Source: Eledone cirrhosa (Eukaryota). From it: 64,000 bases of DNA. The stretch is taken from positions 250,170,001-250,234,000 of the forward strand of contig OZ024741.1 of NCBI GenBank assembly GCA_964016885.1, written 5' to 3'. Positions 52,501-61,701 of the stretch are shown piece after piece. The notes beneath the pieces were generated by a model that had not been told where the DNA came from, searched no databases, and worked only from the letters and a program-made list of their open reading frames with translations. How positions within the stretch are numbered: position 1 is the stretch's first letter; each line of letters opens with the position of its first letter. The position numbers and the translations under genes are program-made.

Positions 52501-55500
52501 TAATTTTCAGCCGTCCAAGGGGAGATAATTTCCATCCTTCCAAGGGGAGATAATTTCCAGCCGTCCAAGGGGAGATAATTTCCCGCCAGCCAAGGAGAGA
52601 TAACATTTAAAAAAATCAGGCGGAGATAATTTGTAAAAAAATCAGGGGGAGATAATTTGTAAAAAAAATCAGGGGTAGATAATTTTCAGCCGTCCAAGGG
52701 GAGATAATTTCCATCCTTCCAAGGGGAGATAATTTCCAGCCGTCCAAGGGGAGATAATTTCCCGCCAGCCAAGGAGAGATAACATTTAAAAAAATCAGGG
52801 GGAGATAATTTGTAAAAAAAAATCAGGGGGAGATAATTCGTAAAAAAAAATCAGGGGGAGATAATTTGTAAAAAAAAATCAGGGGTAGATAATTTGTAAA
52901 AAAAAATCAGGGGGAGATAATTTGTAAAAAAAATCGGGTAGATAATTTCCAGCCGTCCAAGGGGAGATAATTTCCATCCTTCCAAGGGGAGATAATTTCC
53001 AGCCGTCCAAGGGGAGATAATTTCCCGCCAGCCAAGGAGAGATAACATTTAAAAAAATCAGGCGGAGATAATTTGTAAAAAAAATCAGGGGGAGATAATT
53101 TCCATCCTTCCAAGGGGAGATAATTTCCAGCCGTCCAAGGGGAGATAATTTCCCGCCAGCCAAGGAGAGATAATATTTAAAAAAATCAGGCGGAGATAAT
53201 TTGTAAAAAAAATCAGGGGGAGATAATTTGTAAAAAAATCAGGGGGAGATAATTTGTAAAAAAAAATCAGGGGAGATAATTTGTAAAAAAAATCAGGGGG
53301 AGATAATTTGTAAAAAAAAATCAGGGGTAGATAATTTGTAAAAAAAAATCAGGGGGAGATAATTTGTAAAAAAAAAATCAGGGAGAGATAATTTGTAAAC
53401 AAATCAAGGGGAGATAATTTCCAGCCGTCCAAGGGGAGATAATTTTCAGCCGTCCAAGGAGGTAATTTCTAGCCGTCCAAGGGGAGATAATTTCCAGCCG
53501 TCCAAGGGGATATAATTTTTTTTAAAAAATCAGGCGGAGATAATTTGTAAACAAAAATCAGGGGGAGATAATTTGTAAAAAAAAATCAGGGGGAGATAAT
53601 TTGTAAAAAAAAATCAGGGGGAGATAATTTGTAAAAAAAATCAAGGGGAGATAATTTCCAGCCGTCCAAGGGGAGGTAATATCTAGCCATCCAAGGGGAG
53701 ATAATTTCCAGCCGTCCAAGGGGAGATAATTCCCAGCCGTCCAAGGGGAGATAATATCCAGCCGTCCAAGGAGACATATTTTCCAGCCGTCCAAGGAGAG
53801 GTAATTTCTAGCCGTCCAAGGGGAGATAAGTTCCAGCCTCCAAGGGGAGAAAATTTCCAGCCAGCCAAGGGGTGATAATTTGTAAAAAAATCAGGGGGAG
53901 ATAATTTATAAAAAAAAATTCAGGGGGAGATAATTTGTAAAAAAATCAGGGGGAGATAATTTGTAAAAAGAAAATCAGGGGGAGATAATTTGTAAAAAAA
54001 ATCAGGGGGAGATAATTTGTAGAAAAAATCAGGGGTAGATAATTTGTAAAAAAAATCAGGGGGAGATAATTTGTAAAAAAAATCAGGGGGAGATAATTTG
54101 TAAAAAAAATCAGGGGTAGATAATTTTCAGCCGTCCAAGGGGAGATAATTTCCATCCTTCCAAGGGGAGATAATTTCCAGCCGTCCAAGGGGAGATAATT
54201 TCCCGCCAGCCAAGGAGAGATAACATTTTAAAAAATCAGGCGGAGATAATTTGTAAAAAAAATTAGGGGGAGATAATTTGTAAAAAAATCAGGGGGAGAT
54301 AATTTGTAAAAAAAATCAGGGGTAGATAATTTCCAGCCGTCCAAGGGGAGATAATTTCCATCCTTCCAAGGGGAGATAATTTCCAGCCGTCCAAGGGGAG
54401 ATAATTTCCCGCCAGCCAAGGAGAGATAATATTTAAAAAAATCAGGCGGAGATAATTTGTAAAAAAAATCAGGGGGAGATAATTTGTAAAAAAATCAGGC
54501 GGAGATAATTTGTAAAAAAAAAATCAGGGGGAGATAATTTGTAAAAAAAATCAGGGGGAGATAATTTGTAAAAAAAATCAGGGGTAGATAATTTGTAAAA
54601 AAAAATCAGGGGGAGATAATTTGTAAAAAAAAAACAGGGGGAGATAATTTGTAAAAAAATCAAGGGGAGATAATTTCCAGCCGTCCAAGGGGAGATAATT
54701 TTCAGCCGTCCAAGGAGAGGTAATTTCTAGCCGTCCAAGGGGAGATAATTTCCAGCCGTCCAAGGGGAGATAATTTTTTTTAAAAAATCAGGCGGAGATA
54801 ATTTGTAAACAAAAATCAGGGGGAGATAATTTGTAAAAAAAAATCAGGGGGAGATAATTTGTAAAAAAAAATCAGGGGGAGATAATTTGTAAAAAAAATC
54901 AAGGGGAGATAATTTCCAGCCGTCCAAGGGGAGGTAATATCTAGCCATCCAAGGGGAGATAATTTCCAGCCGTCCAAGGGGAGATAATTTCCAGCCGTCC
55001 AAGGGGAGATAATATCCAGCCGTCCAAGGAGACATATTTTCCAGCCGTCCAAGGAGAGGTAATTTCTAGCCGTCCAAGGGGAGATAAGTTCCTGCCTCCA
55101 AGGGGAGATAATTTCCAGCCAGCCAAGGGGAGATAATTTGTAAAAAAATCAGGGGGAGATAATTTGTAAAAAAAAAATCAGGGGGAGATAATTTGTAAAA
55201 AAATCAGGGGGAGATAATTTGTAAAAAAAAAATCAGGGGGAGATAATTTGTAAAAAAAATCAGGGGGAGATAATTTGTAAAAAAAATCAGGGGTAGATAA
55301 TTTGTAAAAAAAATCAGGGGGAGATAATTTGTAAAAAAAATTAGGGGGAGATAATTTGTAAAAAAAATCAGGGGTAGATAATTTTCAGCCCTCCAAGGGG
55401 AGATAATTTCCATCCTTCCAAGGGGAGATAATTTCCAGCCGTCCAAGGGGAGATAATTTCCCGCCAGCCAAGGAGAGATAATATTTAAAAAAATCAGGCG

Positions 55501-58500
55501 GAGATAATTTGTAAAAAAAATCAGGGGGAGATAATTTGTAAAAAAATCAGGGGGAGATAATTTGTAAAAAAAAATCAGTGGGAGATAATTTGTAAAAAAA
55601 ATCAGGGGGAGATAATTTGTAAAAAAAAATCAGGGGTAGATAATTTGTAAAAAAAATCAGGGGGAGATAATTTGTAAAAAAAAATCAGGGGGAGATAATT
55701 TGTAAAAAAATCAAGGGGAGATAATTTCCAGCCGTCCAAGGGGAGATAATTTTCAGCCGTCCAAGGAGAGGTAATTTCTAGCCGTCCAAGGGGAGATAAT
55801 TTCCAGCCGTCCAAGGGGAGATAATTTTTTTAAAAAAATCAGGCGGAGATAATTTGTAAACAAAAATCAGGGGGAGATAATTTGTAAAAAAAAATCAGGG
55901 GGAGATAATTTGTAAAAAAAAATCAGGGGGAGATAATTTGTAAAAAAAATCAAGGGGAGATAATTTCCAGCCGTCCAAGGGGAGGTAATATCTAGCCATC
56001 CAAGGGGAGATAATTTCCAGCCGTCCAAGGGGAGATAATTTCCAGCCGTCCAAGGGGAGATAATATCCAGCCGTCCAAGGAGACATATTTTCCAGCCGTC
56101 CAAGGAGACGTAATTTCTAGCCGTCCAAGGGGAGATAAGTTCCAGCCTCCAAGGGGAGATAATTTCCAGCCAGCCAAGGGGAGATAATTTGTAAAAAAAT
56201 TAGGGGGATATAATTTGTAAAAAAAAATTAGGGGGAGATAATTTGTAAAAAAAAATCAGGGGGAGATAATTTGTAAAAAAAATCAGGGGGAGATAATTTG
56301 TAAAAAAAATCAAGGGGAGATAATTTCCAGCCGTCCAAGGGGAGATAATTTTCAGCCGTCCAAGGAGAGGTAAATTCTAGCCGTCCAAGGAGATATAATT
56401 TCCAGCCGTCCAAGGGGAGATAATTTCCAGCCGTCCAAGGGGAGATAATTTTAAAAAAAAAATCAGGCGGAGATAATTTGTAAACAAAAATCAGGGGGAG
56501 ATAATTTTTAAAAAAAAATCAGGGGGAGATAATTTGTAAAAAAAAATCAGGGGGAGATAATTTGTAAAAAAAATCAAGGGGAGATAATTTCCAGCCGTCC
56601 AAGGGGAGGTAATATCTAGCCATCCAAGGGGAGATAATTTCCAGCCGTCCAAGGGGAGATAATTTCCAGCCGTCCAAGGGGAGATAATATCCAGCCGTCC
56701 AAGGAGACATATTTTCCAGCCGTCCAAGGAGAGGTAATTTCTAGCCGTCCAAGGGGAGATAAGTTCCAGCCTCCAAGGGGAGATAATTTCCAGCCAGCCA
56801 AGGGGAGATAATTTGTAAAAAAATCAGGGGGGAGATAATTTGTAAAAAAAATCAGGGGGAGATAATTTGAAAAAAAAATCAGGGGGAGATAATTTGTAAA
56901 AAATATCAAGGGGAGATAATTTCCAGCCCTCCAAGGGGCTATAATTTCCAGCCGTGCAAGAGGAGATAATTTCCAGCCGTCCAAGGGGAGATAATTTCCA
57001 TCCTTCCAAGGGGAGATAATTTCCAGCCGTCCAAGGGGAGATAATTTCCCGCCAGCCAAGGGAAGATAATTTTTTAAAAAATCAGGCGGAGATTGTAAAA
57101 AAAATCAGGGGGAGATAATTTGTAATAAAATCAGGGGGAGATAATTTGTAAAAAAAAAAATCAGGGGGAGATAATTTGTAAAAAAAAATCAGGGGGAGAT
57201 AATTTGTAAAAAAAATCAGGGGGAGATAATTTGTAAAAAAAATCAGGGGTAGATAATTTGTAAAAAAAATCAGGGGGAGATAATTTGTAAAAAAAATCAG
57301 GGGGAGATAATTTGTAAAAAAAATCAGGGGTAGATAATTTTCAGCCGTCCAAGGGGAGATAATTTCCATCCTTCCAAGGGGAGATAATTTCCAGCCGTCC
57401 AAGGGGAGATAATTTCCCGCCAGCCAAGGAGAGATAACATTTAAAAAAATCAGGCGGAGATAATTTGTAAAAAAATCAGGAGGAGATAATTTGTAAAAAA
57501 AATCAGGGGTAGATAATTTCCAGCCGTCCAAGGGGAGATAATTTCCATCCTTCCAAGGGGAGATAATTTCCAGCCGTCCAAGGGGAGATAATTTCCCGCC
57601 AGCCAAGGAGAGATAATATTTAAAAAAATCAGGCGGAGATAATTTGTAAAAAAAATCAGGGGGAGATAATTTGTAAAAAAATCAGGGGTAGATAATTTGT
57701 AAAAAAAAATCAGGGGGAGATAATTTGTAAAAAAAAATCAGGGAGAGATAATTTGTAAAAAAAAATCAGGGGTAGATAATTTGTAAAAAAAAATCAGGGG
57801 GAGATAATTTGTAAAAAAAAAATCAGGGGGAGATAATTTGTAAAAAAATCAAGGGGAGATAATTTCCAGCCGTCCAAGGGGAGATAATTTTCAGCCGTCC
57901 AAGGAGAGGTAATTTCTAGCCGTTCAAGGGGAGATAATTTCCAGCCGTCCAAGGGGAGATAATTTTTTTAAAAAAATCAGGCGGAGATAATTTGTAAACA
58001 AAAATCAGGGGGAGATAATTTGTAAAAAAAAATCAGGGGGAGATAATTTGTAAAAAAAAATCAGGGGGAGATAATTTGTAAAAAAAATCAAGGGGAGATA
58101 ATTTGTAAAAAAAAATCAGGGGTAGATAATTTGTAAAAAAAAATCAGGGGGAGATAATTTGTAAAAAAAAAATCAGGGGGAGATAATTTGTAAAAAAATC
58201 AAGGGGAGATAATTTCCAGCCGTCCAAGGGGAGATAATTTTCAGCCGTCCAAGGAGAGGTAATTTCTAGCCGTCCAAGGGGAGATAATTTCCAGCCAGCC
58301 AAGGGGAGATAATTTGTAAAAAAATCAGGGGTAGATAATTTGTAAAAAAAAATCAGGGGGAGATAATTTGTAAAAAAAATCAGGGGGAGATAATTTGTAA
58401 AAAAAATCAGGGGTAGATAATTTCCAGCCGTCCAAGGGGAGATAATTTCCATCCTTCCAAGGGGAGATAATTTCCAGCCGTCCAAGGGGAGATAATTTCC

Positions 58501-61500
58501 CGCCAGCCAAGGAGAGATAACATTTAAAAAAATCAGGCGGAGATAATTTGTAAAAAAAATCAGGGGGAGATAATTTGTAAAAAAATAAGGGGGAGATAAT
58601 TTGTAAAAAAAATCAGGGGTAGATAATTTCCAGCCGTCCAAGGGGAGATAATTTCCATCCTTCCAAGGGGAGATAATTTCCAGCCGTCCAAGGGGAGATA
58701 ATTTCCCGCCAGCCAAGGAGAGATAATATTTAAAAAAATCAGGCGGAGATAATTTGTAAAAAAAATCAGGGGGAGATAATTTGTAAAAAAATCAGGGGGA
58801 GATAATTTGTAAAAAAAAATCAGGGGAGATAATTTGTAAAAAAAATCAGGGGGAGATAATTTGTAAAAAAAAATCAGGGGTAGATAATTTGTAAAAAAAA
58901 ATCAGGGGGAGATAATTTGTAAAATAAAAATCAGGGGGAGATAATTTGTAAAAAAATCAAGGGGAGATAATTTCCAGCCGTCCAAGGGGAGATAATTTTC
59001 AGCCGTCCAAGGAGGTAATTTCTAGCCGTCCAAGGGGAGATAATTTCCAGCCGTCCAAGGGGAGATAATTTTTTTAAAAAAATCAGGCGGAGATAATTTG
59101 TAAACAAAAATCAGGGGGAGATAATTTGTAAAAAAAAATCAGGGGGAGATAATTTGTAAAAAAAATCAGGGGGAGATAATTTGTAAAAAAAATCAAGGGG
59201 AGATAATTTCCAGCCGTCCAAGGGGAGGTAATATCTAGCCATCCAAGGGGAGATAATTTCCAGCCGTCCAAGCGGAGATAATTTCCAGCCGTCCAAGGGG
59301 AGATAATATCCAGCCGTCCAAGGAGACATATTTTCCAGCCGTCTAAGGAGAGGTAATTTCTAGCCGTCCAAGGGGAGATAAGTTCCAGCCTCCAAGGGGA
59401 GATAATTTCCAGCCAGCCAAGGGGAGATAATTTGTAAAAAAATCAGGGGGAGATAATTTGTAAAAAAAAAATCAGGGGGAGATAATTTGTAAAAAAATCA
59501 GGGGGAGATAATTTGTAAAAAAAAAATCAGGGGGAGATAATTTGTAAAAAAAATCAGGGGGAGATAATTTGTAGAAAAAATCAGGGGTAGATTTGTAAAA
59601 AAATCAGGGGGAGATAATTTGTAAAAAAAATCAGGGGGAGATAATTTGTAAAAAAAATCAGGGGTAGATAATTTTCAGCCGTCCAAGGGGAGATAATTTC
59701 CATCCTTCCAAGGGGAGATAATTTCCAGCCGTCCAAGGGGAGATAATTTCCCGCCAGCCAAGGACAGATAACATTTAAAAAAATCAGGCGGAGATAATTT
59801 GTAAAAAAATCAGGGGGAGATAATTTGTAAAAAAATCAGGGGGAGATAATTTGTAAACAAAATCAGGGGTAGATAATTTCCAGCCGTCCAAGGGGAGATA
59901 ATTTCCATCCTTCCAAGGGGAGATAATTCCCAGCCGTCCAAGGGGAGATAATTTCCCGCCAGCCAAGGAGAGATAATATTTAAAAAAATCAGGCGGAGAT
60001 AATTTGTAAAGAAAATCAGGGGGAGATAATTTGTAAAAAAATCAGGGGGAGATAATTTGTAAAAAAAAATCAGGGGGAGATAATTTGTAAAAAAAATCAG
60101 GGGGAGATAATTTGTAAAAAAAATCAGGGGTAGATAATTTGTAAAAAAAAATCAGGGGGAGATAATTTGTAAAAAAAAAATCAGGGGGAGATAATTTGTA
60201 AAAAAATCAAGGGGAGATAATTTCCAGCCGTCCAAGGGGAGATAATTTTCAGCCGTCCAAGGAGAGGTAATTTCTAGCCGTCCAAGGGGAGATAATTTCC
60301 AGCCGTCCAAGGGGAGATAATTTTTTTTTAAAAATCAGGCGGAGATAATTTGTAAACAAAAATCAGGGGGAGATAATTTGTAAAAAAAAATCAGGGGGAG
60401 ATAATTTGTAAAAAAAAATCAGGGGGAGATAATTTGTAAAAAAAATCAAGGGGAGATAATTTCCAGCCGTCCAAGGGGAGGTAATATCTAGCCATCCAAG
60501 GGGAGATAATTTCCAGCCGTCCAAGGGGAGATAATTTCCAGCCGTCCAAGGGGAGATAATATCCAGCCGTCCAAGGAGACATATTTTCCAGCCGTCCAAG
60601 GAGAGGTAATTTCTAGCCGTCCAAGGGGAGATAAGTTCCTGCCTCCAAGGGGAGATAATTTCCAGCCAGCCAAGGGGAGATAATTTGTAAAAAAATCAGG
60701 GGGAGATAATTTGTAAAAAAAAAATCAGGGGGAGATAATTTGTAAAAAAATCAGGGGGAGATAATTTGTAAAAAAAAAATCAGGGGGAGATAATTTGTAA
60801 AAAAAATCAGGGGGAGATAATTTGTAAAAAAAATCAGGGGTAGATAATTTGTAAAAAAAATCAGGGGGAGATAATTTGTAAAAAAAATCAGGGGGAGATA
60901 ATTTGTAAAAAAAACAGGGGTAGATAATTTTCAGCCCTCCAAGGGGAGATAATTTCCATCCTTCCAAGGTGAGATAATTTCCATCCGTCCAAGGGGAGAT
61001 AATTTCCCGCCAGCCAAGGAGAGATAACATTTAAAAAAATCAGGCGGAGATAATTTGTAAAAAAAATCAGGGGGGGATAATTTGTAAAAAAATCAGGGGG
61101 AGATAATTTGTAAAAAAAATCAGGGGTAGATAATTTCCAGCCGTCCAAGGGGAGATAATTTCCATCCTTCCAAGGGGAGATAATTTCCAGCCGTCCAAGG
61201 GGAGATAATTTCCCGCCAGCCAAGGAGAGATAATATTTAAAAAAATCAGGCGGAGATAATTTGTAAAGAAAATCAGGGGGAGATAATTTGTAAAAAAATC
61301 AGGGGGAGATAATTTGTAAAAAAAAATCAGGGGGAGATAATTTGTAAAAAAAATCAGGGGGAGATAATTTGTAAAAAAAATCAGGGGTAGATAATTTGTA
61401 AAAAAAAATCAGGGGGAGATAATTTGTAAAAAAAAAATCAGGGGGAGATAATTTGTAAAAAAATCAAGGGGAGATAATTTCCAGCCGTCCAAGGGGAGAT

Positions 61501-61701
61501 AATTTTCAGCCGTCCAAGGAGAGGTAATTTCTAGCCGTCCAAGGGGAGATAATTTCCAGCCGTCCAAGGGGAGATAATTTTTTTTTAAAAATCAGGCGGA
61601 GATAATTTGTAAACAAAAATCAGGGGGAGATAATTTGTAAAAAAAAATCAGGGGGAGATAATTTGTAAAAAAAATCAGGGGGAGATAATTTGTAAAAAAA
61701 A
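46600..61701 (+). repeat. HOR copy 5 (15,102 bp; contains the diverged island and several deletions)
   Basis: Offset 46642/61744 = 15,102. It is colinear with copy 1 at 46.6-49.85 kb and 54.8-61.7 kb. Confidence 0.8.
49850..54700 (+). repeat. Diverged satellite island with many private variants and rearranged block order
   Basis: More than 20 variants not seen at equivalent positions elsewhere, e.g. 49861 attaggcgg, 49961 gtcaaaaa, 50281 aagggtag, 50401 cctcgaag, 50651 aggagata, 52931 atcgggta, 53870 ggtgataa and 53900 atttataa. Confidence 0.8.
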
